64,000 bases of DNA. Origin: Mayamaea pseudoterrestris (Eukaryota). Every line of letters begins with the position of its first letter. The stretch's first letter is position 1. Location: contig BROI01000001.1 in assembly GCA_027923505.1 (NCBI GenBank), positions 1,054,001-1,118,000 on the forward strand, read 5' to 3'. The translations under genes and the position numbers were made by a program. Shown here piece after piece: positions 1 through 11,900 of the stretch. The notes under the pieces were generated by a model. The model was not told the DNA's origin and did not search any database. It saw only the letters and a list, made by a program, of their open reading frames with translations.

Positions 1-202
1 TTAAAAAGGATAGTACGGTAGCTAATACCAAGCACAGCCGCCAGTCTGGATACAAGACTGTACCGGTATGAGCCGGTACGCTCGTCAAGCGTTGGATCAC
101 GCAGACGCTCTCACAATTTCGTCGAGCATTTCCTCGAAGGACTCGCTCTGTCAACACACCAATCACCACTGCTACTCCACCATGATGGAACGAAGATTCA
201 AC

Positions 203-2717
203 ATGCCGCGACGAATAATAGAGCAAAAGCTCTTTTTAGCACTGCTAATAATAGGGACACTGCTAGTGCCAGAAGCAAATGCCGAGCCAGAGCTCTGTCC
301 AGGCTCGACGACAGAGTTTGGCTATACATCAATCAACTCCATCAATACCGACATTACCAATGAGCTCATGCGCATACAGAGTGGTGCGACTCCAAATGGC
401 ATATATACGTACAGTCTCTGCAGGAATACCGTCTTTGACGCAAACGCCGGCCCCTTACGACCTGGCCTAAGCAACTCATTCTTCATTTGCGGGCCAGACG
501 GAAATCCAAACAACAAATGCACGATACAAGGCGGAAACATTCAAGTCGAAATAGTTAATTCCATGCTGCCAAATTATGAGCTTGCCGAGATCACTTTTTT
601 GGGCATTCAGTTCAGTGGATTCACGACGCAAGCAGTCTCGGCGTATGCATCCTTTCCCACACAAGCAAACTTTCGGAACGTTTTATGGACAGTACGTTGA
701 GGAAACACAAGTTTGACATCATGTAATGATTGCTGCTTTACCTCTGACACTCATTGCTTTTATTTCGCTTCATCTAGGACTTTACGAGCGAATTTGTTGT
801 CCGGCAACAACCGGGCAACGGCACAAGCACCGACATCGCACCTCCAATGACAATCGATATATCAAATTCGACAGTGTCCGACGGCACGACTAGCGCCGTA
901 TTTGACAATGACGGAGGCTCGCTGCGGGTGCAGCAATTGCAAGCGACGGGCGTAACAGCGCCCGCGTTGATGGCAACATCAAATGGTGGCAACTCCTTTT
1001 TTCAGGACTCGGTTGTTTCGGCCAGTCGACTGGATTACGTGACGGAAACGTCTGGATCGGGTGCCCAGAGCGTCATCAATGTCCAGGTCCGTGACATGCT
1101 ATCCATGGTCAATACATTTCGCGTCCAGGATGTCGGCAGCCAGTTGACAATAAATAGTGGTGCAACTATTACAAACAATAAGCTCTCTGGGTCGCGATTC
1201 TCTGGCGTTTACGCAGAAACTGGAGCAACAGCGAAAGTGAATGATTTTACCATGAGTGGCAATGAAGGCGTTGCCTTTGCCTTTTACTCAGTTGGCGTCA
1301 ACACGAACGTGCAAGTCGCTGACTCGATAGTCGACGACAATGTTGGAACGGTACGTGGAAGAGGAGAACGAAGTTAAGCATGAAAAGTGATCGGAGCAAC
1401 CATTAGTCTCAACTATTTCCTTACGTGCAGGCTAATCCTCGGTTCATTAGCGCGCCTGGCATTGCGCTGTCAAATGGAATTCTTTCGGTAGACAGCACAC
1501 TGTTCAATCAGAACAACCAGTTTGCGGTAAGCCATTGCCCATTCGTGGCTCCGCGCGGTATATTTGTTTGCTCATGATGTGTTTGGCTCATGTTTTTGGA
1601 TGCCCTGTTTTTCCAGGGAGCGCTGCTGGCTCTTGTCGGATCCCAATTAAACATTGTCAGGTCATGTTTCACTAATTCGCAGTCAGAGTACGTTGTCTTT
1701 GTCGATGCTAAGTCGAATTACACGCAATCCGATAATTTTGTATCTGGGTATAGCTCTTCAAGATGTGCAACGGAAAGCGGGCGTCTATTCCAGGAAAACT
1801 CAGAAGCAGGATGCTTCACAGGCTCCAATATTTGTACCGGAGAGTGCAGGATACTGGCCAACGCAACGGTGTGCATGGCGAGCACCATGCCTACGGCCGC
1901 GCCGGGATTTCCAACTGCAATTCCGACGACTATGCCTACAAGCATCGCTGTGGGACCCTCCGCAATGCCAACTGTTGAGCTTACGACGGAACCAGTGCCG
2001 ACGCAAAGACCTTCAACTTCTAGGGTTCCTGTACCTACAGCTGTGCCTACGACGCTGAATACCGTCCAACCCCCAACGATCGATACGTTTATACCCACGA
2101 CACTAACAAACAACACCTCACAGCCAACAACGCTCACAAACAACACTATTCAGCCTACATCGCTGACGAACGTTACTTTCCAGCCTACAGTCGCGGCATT
2201 GACAGGACCACCTTCCAATGCGCCATCGCCTGTACCAATTACACCCGCCCAATCATCCCAACCAGGCGCCCCAACTTATGCGCCGCTACAAACGCCCACG
2301 ACCCGGCAAACACCTCGGCCAGCGACGCCGTCACCAACGGCCTGTCTTACTTCAAAAGGCATCAAAGGCTCCAAATTGCCAAAGGCCCCAAAAGGTAGTA
2401 AAGGATGGTATAGCAAGGGCGCAGCACATGGAAGTAACGTGCATGAGCTTTGTTCGTCTTCAAAAAAGGAAGACAAGAAGGAAGCTAAAGCTAGCAAAGG
2501 CAGTGTAAGTGGAGCCTTGCCTGCTGCCAAAGCAAAATATAGAAATGGTTCCTGGTCCGGCTCTGATGGGAATGGTATTATGTCCATGATTTACGTAAGC
2601 GATTCAGGATCAACAGCAGTATCGGGGAAGGAACGAGCAAAGTACGGCAGGGACTTGCGCGATGTGTCGCCACCGAGACAAAAGCGGAGGATTCGGCACC
2701 ATCACAGTCGCAGGTGA
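203..2717 (+). CDS. Secreted/cell-wall-type protein: Cys-containing N-terminal and beta-rich region, Pro/Thr mucin-like stalk, Lys/Ser/Gly-rich (KxxK) C-terminus; 4 exons (203-691, 778-1350, 1431-1526, 1617-2717)
   Basis: Three + ORFs plus a 96-nt exon join in frame through GT-AG introns 692-777, 1351-1430 and 1527-1616. Signal peptide KLFLALLIIGTLLVPEANA. An alternative ATG lies at 182. Confidence 0.8.
2094..2189 (+). repeat. Coding tandem repeat, 3 x 30 bp (PTTLTNNTSQ / PTTLTNNTIQ / PTSLTNVTFQ)
   Basis: 10-aa units visible in the translation, each with an N-x-T sequon. Confidence 0.8.
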
Positions 2718-2939
2718 TAGATAGCTGGTGTAGCAGTTTCCATGTAAGATAGAATCCATGTCATGCACAAACACTGTGTTATTACATTAAAGTTGTAGTA
2801 GTTGTAGTAAAACCAACAAAAAATTGACAATGCGGTAGTTTACAAACATAACTCATTGTTAATAGGCATATACCTAAGATATATAAGAAGCGAAGCAACA
2901 AGCTCACGACATCCCATGTAGCGGTAGCACGTCTTCGCA

Positions 2940-4586
2940 TTACGAAGTTGCCTGCCGTTGTTGCCGCTGGTTTGAGGGCCGCCTCCTCCTTCGCAATGGA
3001 TTTTTCCAAACCCGCCTCCATATTCCCGAAAGAACCGACGACGTTCCGATACCAAACTTTTTGAAGAAGGAGCCAATTCGCCATCCTAACAAACGCCACA
3101 TTCCAGCCGTGCCTGGTCGGCCGAACCCACCAAACGCGCGCGAATGAAAGTTGATGAGAGCCTTTTCGTACTGAACATTCCTCAAGTAGCTCGTTGCAGC
3201 CTCCCATCCCCATCGCTCGGCCTCCTTGCGTGCCGCCTTGCCCATTCTCTCGCGAAAGTTGGCGTCACGCAGTTGAGTCAATCGCTGTACATACGCATCA
3301 GTGTCACCCGGCTCGACCAAAAAGCCAGTCTTGCCTTGATTGATAATATCGGGAATACCTCCGGCATTGGCGCCCACGACGGGTACGCCGCTCGCCATGC
3401 TTTCCAGCACGACGAAACCGAGTGTCTCGGAATCCGATGGCATGCAAAAGACGTCAGCCGATGCAAAGGCTTCCGATAGTTGCGTTCCACTCAATTGTCC
3501 TGTAAAAACAGTATTGGTACCCTTGAAAAATTTCCGCAACTCCTCCTCCTGAGGTCCTTTGCCAACAATGGCCAATCGCGTATTGCTTGGTAGACGCTCC
3601 ATCACTTGCTTCAAATCCTTCAAGCGCTTCTCCGCTCCCAGTCGTCCAACGTAAACCATGAGAAAGTCATTCGGGTTATTATCCGTCATGATGTTTCGCA
3701 TATCCTTTGACTTGAACTTTGGATGAAAGCGAGTTGTGTCAATGCCCTTGCGCCAAACATCGACTCGTGCAATTCCATTCGACACAAGTTCATCGCGCAA
3801 CTGCGGACTCGTCACGAGCGTCAAGTCGGCTCTAGCATGCGCCCACCTCAATACTTCCCAGCAGGCTGCTTCAATGCCAGGAATGAATCCAAGATAGTTG
3901 CGTCCATAAAGCGGCAAGTGCGTGTGATAGCTCATGACGAGCGGCACGCACATGACGCGAGCATACAAAATGGCGGCAAAGAGTAAAAAGCCAGGCGACG
4001 TAACGTGAATCAAATCGGGTCGGGTAGTTTCCAGCATGCGGGCGCCCTTTAGTTCTGGAACATCAAAGGTTAACGAAATGTGATTATAGAGGGGAAAGGT
4101 GAATCCCTGCGTGTGTTCAATCGAGTAACCGGAAAACTCCTTTGGTAAATCCTTGACAGGCGTTTTGCTGTCGACGGTCAAAATGTCGACTTTGTCATTG
4201 GCCTTGGCCATGTACTTTAACATTTCCTGAAATCGATTCGCATAGCCGGAGACGTGCGTAAAAGGCGTTGGCTCCACCATGAGGCATATCTGTCGGGGTG
4301 GACTGCGACGAAGCGGAGGGACTGAAATGTTGCTGTCGTCATTCGTATTGTCGCTGTTTGAATCATTACTATGATTGCTGTTCTTGTTCTTCCTGTTTCG
4401 ATTCAAGGAAGAAATGGAAAGCATGGTATTGCTTTTAAATGTAACTAGTCCATGACGGGTAGCGATGGATTTCGACATGCGAGTGCACTGAGAGGCGGTA
4501 GGTGGAGCAAATGCATCAACGACGACATCCATTAACGCGACGAGCATGAGCAAGCCGAGACAGCATGATCTTGCCATCTGATGCAT
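2940..4586 (-). CDS. SQD2: Sulfoquinovosyltransferase (SQDG synthase, GT4), plastid-targeted
   Basis: Motifs VEPTPFTHVSGYANRF, MSYHTHLP, YVGRLGAEK, MPSDSETLGFVVLESMASGVPVV. Signal peptide followed by VDA-FAP. Start ATG at 4586 or 4577. Confidence 0.93.
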   Translation of the reverse strand: MHQMARSCCLGLLMLVALMDVVVDAFAPPTASQCTRMSKSIATRHGLVTFKSNTMLSISSLNRNRKNKNSNHSNDSNSDNTNDDSNISVPPLRRSPPRQICLMVEPTPFTHVSGYANRFQEMLKYMAKANDKVDILTVDSKTPVKDLPKEFSGYSIEHTQGFTFPLYNHISLTFDVPELKGARMLETTRPDLIHVTSPGFLLFAAILYARVMCVPLVMSYHTHLPLYGRNYLGFIPGIEAACWEVLRWAHARADLTLVTSPQLRDELVSNGIARVDVWRKGIDTTRFHPKFKSKDMRNIMTDNNPNDFLMVYVGRLGAEKRLKDLKQVMERLPSNTRLAIVGKGPQEEELRKFFKGTNTVFTGQLSGTQLSEAFASADVFCMPSDSETLGFVVLESMASGVPVVGANAGGIPDIINQGKTGFLVEPGDTDAYVQRLTQLRDANFRERMGKAARKEAERWGWEAATSYLRNVQYEKALINFHSRAFGGFGRPGTAGMWRLLGWRIGSFFKKFGIGTSSVLSGIWRRVWKNPLRRRRRPSNQRQQRQATS

Positions 4587-5409
4587 TGTTAAATGACTAA
4601 TAGCTGTAAAATGCAGTGAAGTAGCGTAGCTGGGCTGTTGCTTCTCAATTCTCAACTGTCCCTAATTCGGATTGAAAAGGTGAATGTGAATGAACGACGC
4701 AAGAAGACTGGTTGATTGCTGCTGCTTCGCTTTGGCTGCTAAATCGGATGTTGCTTTGTAGCGACGAATGGCTGCTGCTGCTTTCGGCTGCAAGAGTCTC
4801 GCTCGATCTCTCTTGGTGATCCTGGCAGAGAGCTCTCCCATGGACGAGTGCGCACTGCAAAGCAGCAGCAAAACTTGCGCGCGAGCTTCCCTTCAACCGT
4901 TTCGTGAGCAACGGGTCATGGCCAGACGCTTGACGTAGAATCCTTACCAAGTTCCACGTGAGTGACAGATTCGTCACTGCGAATCTTGATCGTCGGACCG
5001 GTATCTGGTAGCCAATTCTTCGACGACGAGCCTAGCCCGACTCCACGCTAAAACCAAAATGCCTTGCTCAAACCCCATCTTTGAGCCAAGCAACTGCGTT
5101 GCCAACGATCTCACTATCGGTTTCCACCTCACCCTTGCAGATTTTACCATATGCAACAACAACTTGGCGCAAAGAGATGCTCCAACAAGTTTCGCTTTGC
5201 TGTGAGCTACTTACGCAGCATCCGCTATGCAGATTGGTTCCATCATAACACTTCAACCTGTATGTCGTGCCTGATGTGTGCCGCGCATACAATGGCATTA
5301 TCAGGTTGTTTAGAGATATCAATGCAGCAGGTGCGGCAGCTGTCATTGTCTTTAGTAAATAAATTGTGTCTGCCATTTCCACCGAACTTGACCTCGTCGC
5401 TTATGCACT

Positions 5410-5614
5410 GGCACGCGCAGATCCGCACCTTCGTGACCATGTTGCGAGTCGCACATCCCTAATCCACAAGCAGATGGATGTTCCAAGATCATGTTCCTGC
5501 TGCTTTGAGCCAATCATGGTTCCACTAAAATTTTCGTGACGCTTTTGCGTCAATTGTGATGCCGCCTCTTATGCTGCCACGCGCGGGGTTAACTGTCGCG
5601 TGCCTGCTCGTGCC
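5410..5614 (+). promoter_or_regulatory. Candidate iron-responsive and bZIP-type elements upstream of the ferric reductase
   Basis: GGCACGCG (5410), CGCGTGCC (5597) and CTCGTGCC (5607) are each one mismatch from CACGTGCC or its reverse complement. Palindrome TGACGC-tttt-GCGTCA at 5537-5552. Confidence 0.3.
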
Positions 5615-5831
5615 AGCCACAGCCGTTCTCGAGCTGGCGCAATAAGGACATGAAACATCCCGTGAAAGGGCACTCACAAAACATCAGTTTTGGATTCCAA
5701 CCAACTGCTTTTTGATCCTTTCAATCAATCGACGATACAAAGAAGCAACCGATAGTCGAAAGGTAGGCAGAGGAAGCGTTTGGGCTGTTTCTACGTTTTC
5801 GTTTCTCACATTTTACGCGATCCTCAGCAAC

Positions 5832-8685
5832 ATGGTGCTCGGAACGTACCTTCGCGAGAACGGCAAAATGATTGTCTCGCGGATGATTCCATACTGGCTG
5901 ACCTGCGTATCGGCAGCCTGGATCGTTACATTCTTGTATATCTGGTTAGTAGATGCGGCTTACGCTTGGTATGACACGGTGTTTGGGTCAAAAGTAAGTA
6001 AATGCCGCGGCGCTTTCGCATTGGTGTAACGGACTGTAGAACAACGCCTTTTAACACCACCTTCCCTTGATATATACGCTGCATGTTTCTTGTTATAGGT
6101 AAGAACAGTAGCGGTTCATTGACATCTTGCCTAGTCTCTTCATTCTCATTCTAACGCTGTCGTTCCTCACCTCCCGTTCGAAGATTTTCAAAAACTTTGG
6201 CGACGAAATGATTGTTGGATATGGCTCTATCATGGTCGGCCTCATCGTTCCATTGATGTCTACCGCGTCAATCGCCGCTTTTCTTGTGACCAAGACGCCG
6301 CTTCCTGCATGGAAATTTTCCTGGGCCAACAAATTCTTTACCATGATCCGTCGCTTCAGAGCTGACGACGCAGAATACGGTCGCCACCTGGCTAAAAGGA
6401 ATCAGTTTGCGAAGGGGGAAGCAAACTTTAATCTGATGGCCATTTGGTTTGTTGCCCTTCCCAGTCTCATTGGCGCATTTGGCTATGTGCCATTTACAAT
6501 CGAATACGCGCCCATTTCGGCAGAGGAGCACGGAGTGAGCGAGGAACGCATGAAGTGGGTTCATGCCTCTGCCATTCTCGGATGGGGATCAATCATCGCC
6601 ATGTCAGCTTTTTTAATACCAGGTATGAGAAATGCGAATGCGATTTGATCTATCACATTCCTTACCATCAACTGCATCGTTTTGCTGACTTGCTTCTGCT
6701 AATAATTGCCATCGCTTAACCTTTTGCCAGTGGCCCGACATTCGATTCTATTGACTGCCATGGGGTAAGGATTTGTTGTCATTGCATGCGATTCACACCT
6801 TTACTCCAAACATACGGACTCAATCAATAGATCTGCTTCTTGCACGTTTGTTCCAACAGATGGTCTCCTATTCATGCTTTGCGCATACATATTTGGGCAG
6901 GATATTGCAGCTTTCTCATGGCCATGAGTCATACGGTCACCATGTTTGTGGTCTTTTGGGGCTTTGACAAGATTCCGCTTCGAGACCAATTTATTCCCAA
7001 GGCAGAATGCTGGGCGAAGGATGCCAACTTTACGCTTGCGGAAGGCGAGATGCACCCGCCACCAGAGGCTGATTGCCTTTGGCAGTGGTGGAATCTGACA
7101 GGAGGGTTTGCAGCGCTGTTTTTAGTCATCCTCTGGGCGACAAGCATCAATTGGGTCCGTCGCAAGAACTATCGTGTATTCTACGTCTGTCATGTTGTGT
7201 TTGGAACGCTCTTGATCCTGGCTACTTTCCTTCACTTCGATTTCTGCGCCATTTATATGTAAGTTCATGTTTGAGAGTGCATGATAGTGCAGTCAGGTGA
7301 AAAGGCTAAACCGCTAGACAAACGCATGCCGCAGGCTACCTAGCACGGCCTACTACATTGCAGCGACGGCGCCGTCTTTGATTCAAGCACTTGCTTCTCG
7401 CTTCCGCGGCGGAAACAAAATCGTTAAGGTGGTGGCGCTCCAAGATGCCGGGGGTTGCGTCGAGTTCCATGTCGCCACTGACTCTGAAGCTGGCAAGGTA
7501 ATTAGCACGGAAACCAATCTCTACGTCAAGCTTTGCGTCCCCAAGAATTCCTTGATCTGGCATCCATTTACCGTCTACCAGCATCCAGCCGATCACAACA
7601 TTGTCCGAGTCCTTTTCCGCCCCGTCGGTCCCTTTACCAAGCTTTTGTCCCTTCACTTGACCGCTCCTGAGCGTCCGGTTACCATTTTGGATGGCTTTTA
7701 CCGCGGTTCAGACCGAGTCGCCCATTCGCTCTTGCACGACCATGTCACCATCATTGCAGGCGGAGTCGCCATTACTTCCTTCCTTTCCTTTGTTCCGCGT
7801 CTGCTGGATGCCGTAGCCATGCAATCCAAGGAAATCCGCCTTTTGAACAGCATCACGCTCCACTGGGCTGTTCGCGAAACGGGTCTCGAGAAGTATATAC
7901 TCAAAGAGTTTTTACGTGTCTTCATGGCAAAAGCCAACGTGATCGACGGGCTTGATTTTCAGATCAAGATACATTGCACGGGAAGAAAGGCGACGGCGGT
8001 GGCGACTGAGGGCAAGGACATTGAAAGCTCCGACGATGGTGCCGAGCCGGCTATTGCAGTGGACGAGACGAGCTCTGGTTCTGATAGCGCCGAACTGATC
8101 AAGGAAGACACTCAGGCGGCAGTGGTTCACGACATTGCCAATGACACTGGCTTTGCCATGGAGCTAGCTCGCACCATGCCTGCCCGCTTTACGGAAATGC
8201 AGCGAAATATACCATACGCAGCTGGTTTTGTGGGCTTCATGTGGCTTGGATTCCACTTGACATTTTTCCAATACTCGTGGAATGATGACATCAACTATGC
8301 TGGTCTTACCAAAGTGACTTGGTACACGATACTCTTTGTCGTCCTGTCCGTTGTCTACGGCGCTGTTGTCGAAGGAGGGGAGCTCTTGTACCGCAAGTAC
8401 GTCCCGGCACCGCACGCGGATGACTTTATCGTGGAGCAAGGCATCAAGACTTTGGACGATGAGACGAATGCTGCCGTTCTCTTTGACTCTGCCAAGCTGT
8501 CAAAAACCTTTGGTCGTCCGACTCCCGAGTTGCTCTTGAGTGAGGCTAGTAATTCCGAGGCGCCTGGCATTTTCCTCTGCGGCCCGACCGCGTTGTGCCA
8601 TGATGTGTTCAAGGAGGCGCGCAAGGAGAATTCGTTCTTGGGGCTTACGCGATACTGCATCTACGATGAGCCGTTTGAAATGTAG
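5832..8685 (+). CDS. FRE: Ferric reductase-like transmembrane flavocytochrome (FRE/NOX family); 5 exons (5832-5993, 6112-6622, 6731-6764, 6860-7258, 7335-8685)
   Basis: Heme-His helices (LRIHIWAGY...SH; FYVCHVVF...LH), FAD motif WHPFT, NADPH motifs IAGGVAIT and LCGP, C-terminal EPFEM. In-frame GT-AG introns; the first acceptor is the least certain. Confidence 0.88.
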
Positions 8686-8949
8686 TAGTAGTCACTAATC
8701 TCTAGTGCGCTGAAGTTAATAGTGTTTGGAACATGATCTACCAGAACAGTACAGTGCCGGGAGTTCTTGCCGTCGAATCGTCGTACGAGGTACTGCCTTC
8801 GGGTGAATAGCTCGCCATCGCATCGGTACTCATAGACTTTTCGCAGAGCGAGAAACCACCATGATGATCCATGATCCATTTCCGCCACTGCCTTTAACGC
8901 TACCCAAGCGATTACGCATCAAATGAATTAGCATATCACATCATTTATC

Positions 8950-11900
8950 ATGTCAATTTCTCCTCGTCTATCGCAAATATTGACGCCTCCGCCCATGGCG
9001 ATTAGCAGCAGCAGTCTCGAATCAATCACCGGCTCGGCAGCCATTCGCTCGCTCGCAGCGCAGACAAGCCTGCATCAGTGCGGTTTTGATACTGGTACGA
9101 CTAGCAATCAGGTGAATACGTCAATGACTAGCAATAAAGGTCGATCGGGAACATCGGATGCAGCACTGAGTTCGAGCGCAACAAGCACTACTGGAGCTGC
9201 CCATGCGACGCAGTTTCAAAGCATTCAGCGAATGATGACGCTACATCCAGTCCTTCCTTGGGTCGCGTACGTCTTGGAGTATACAAAGTCACATACGCAA
9301 CAATCATCTTCATCATCATCGAGTCAGCATAAGACGCTCGTCGTGCAGGATTTACAGACGCAGCAAGTTCATTGGAGCTTGACATGGATGGATCTAGCGG
9401 CTTGCTTGTATCAGACGGAAAATACGCCCAGCAAACTAGCGAGTGCTGCCAAGAGCCTTGGAAGCATTTTTGCATTAGAATTCGTCGATGCTTCTACTCT
9501 ATATTGGTCCGGAATGAGTCCGACGGCAAGAACGCGACAATCATCATCAACAGCAGCAGCAGCAGCAGCAAATTCATATTTACCACCTTCAGCCTACTTG
9601 CTTGTTCAAACGTCTCATCGCTGCTTGGTTTTGCAGCTACGCAAGTCGCCCTATAGCGACTGCATCGTTTGGACCAAGGCGGAAGTTTCCTCTCGATTGC
9701 TAGCCCGACAGGCGCTGCTTGTTTCGCACATGGAGCCGCCGTCGCATCATGGTCATGCCAGCACTGATGACGACAAGAGCACTAGCGCCTCTTCCGACAA
9801 GATCTTGCCATCAAGCAACTGGTTACCACTGTCGGATGCACTCTACTTGGTCGGATGTTCCGATGGAAGCATGCAGTGCTGGAACTCGCGTTTGGGACAA
9901 GTCGTCAAAAGCATTCGGGGTTTGGGAAGTAGCTCCAGCGGCGCCGACAAGGATTGGATCACCATGCTGCACGCGGCGAATCCATATCACAAGCGATCTA
10001 GTGCTGCGAGTGCGACAAGTGGGATATTTGGTGCGTCGAGTGGAGAAGTGGAACCGTCGGCTGCTGCAGCATCACAGCGCAGACGCATTTTGGCAGTCAC
10101 AAAGAAGGGACTGGCATATCTCATGGAGATTGAATGGCATGAAGTAAGCATGGCATCTGTGGATTCGTTGGAGGACGACTTTGACGACATGAACATGATG
10201 ATTGAAATCAAGCCTCCACTTGCCCGCTTCGTCGGTGGGGCTGGTACTTTGAGTAGCCGTGACACAGCATTGATGGAGCATCAGCTATTTCACTATGATG
10301 CTCATCGCGACTGGATTCTATGGCTGCAGCCGGTGTCGCCACTTCAACCAACAACGTCCAAAAGCAAGCATGCAACGACGACGACCGCTCCGACGCTGCT
10401 CGTGTGGAACCTCAAGCTACTGGAGAAGGAAATAATGGCCAACGCCGTTGGAGGAGGCAAGTCCATGATGAAACCCGAACCTACGCTGACAATGCAATTT
10501 TCCGCCGCGCCGGAAGACTCAATAATGACCGTACTACCATTGCAGCAACACACGCCATTTAATGAAGATACAGTGGTGTGTGCGGTGGTCTCGACGAATG
10601 GCGATTTTTGGATAAGCGCAGCGTCCGCACGATCGAGAAACACGGCGGCGATTCCAATATTTGCCATGCATTTATCGAATTTACTGCAGAGTGGGGCTGA
10701 CTTGGATCATGCTCCAATTGTTCGTATACATGGATTGGGTAGTCAACCATTAAGTGATAAGTCAATGCTCGCGCTGGCGACAAACCTTGGCATTATCATT
10801 CTCGAAATTCCAGCTGCAACGGGCGATCGCCACATGCATTTGGGAGCCGGTCTTGGCACATTTGGCAAAAGCCTACTGAGTGTACACAGCAACTCGGAGC
10901 TCGTTTACGAATCGCTGGACGTGCTCAAGGCTAATCCATATGGCATTATGGAACCGAAGAACCCTGTCCCTGTGTATGAGCTACGACCGCCGGTGCATTT
11001 ACCGATGGAATATCAAAAGCGATCATTTCGATTAACGCCCTCATTCATTCCAAGCCCATCCGGTTTGTACTTGTGTTTGTTCAATCCGGGCGAGTTCCAG
11101 TATGAAATACTGCATCTGCCGTCGCTCCTGCAACGGGTCGGACAACAGCGTGGGAACGCCACGCCAGGTGGATCCAAGCCACTCGTTGCTTCTGGCACAG
11201 GCATAGCGTCGTTTGCATGGGTTGGCGATGAAGACTGCTTTGCTATACTGCATGCAGAGGAATGGATGAATGAAGCTTCAATGCTTATATCAGCGGCGTC
11301 AGCAATTAACGCGGGCGAAGGAACGCCCGCAGCATCTTCATCGCTGCTGGCAGGTGTCACATCAACAACCAAGATGGTTGGAGGGGCCGCGGCACTTGTC
11401 GGCGGGGCGACTCTCAACCTTACGAAGGCAGCCAAAAGTACAACCATGGCAGCTGCAACGGGTGCGTCGAAGGCAGCAACCATGGCAACCACCACCGCAA
11501 CAAAAACGGCAGTATCGGGCTTCAAAAAAGGCGCTAAGCTTGCGACATTTGGTGTATTTTCCAAAAAGAAAAAGAAAGGTGGTGATGATGACGAGGGAAT
11601 GAGTACAATGACGGATGACATGGAGGAAACGAGTGCGAATCTAGAAATGCTACAAGTTGGCGGAGCACCGCTGCCGATTGACACTGCTGGGTCGGAAATG
11701 CGCATCGCTTTGAAGCGACGCTATGTGGAGTTGAAATTGCTGATATTAGTCGAAAATTCGGGAGACCCTGCTATTGGCAATGTTCCAGCGGCGACTACCT
11801 CATCTATTGGCAATCTAACGCTCCGGGGCGGTGGGCAGAATCTTCCTGTCGCATTGTTTGGTGGACCGGTTCTTTGCGTTGCGAGTCAGACGGATGGGAA

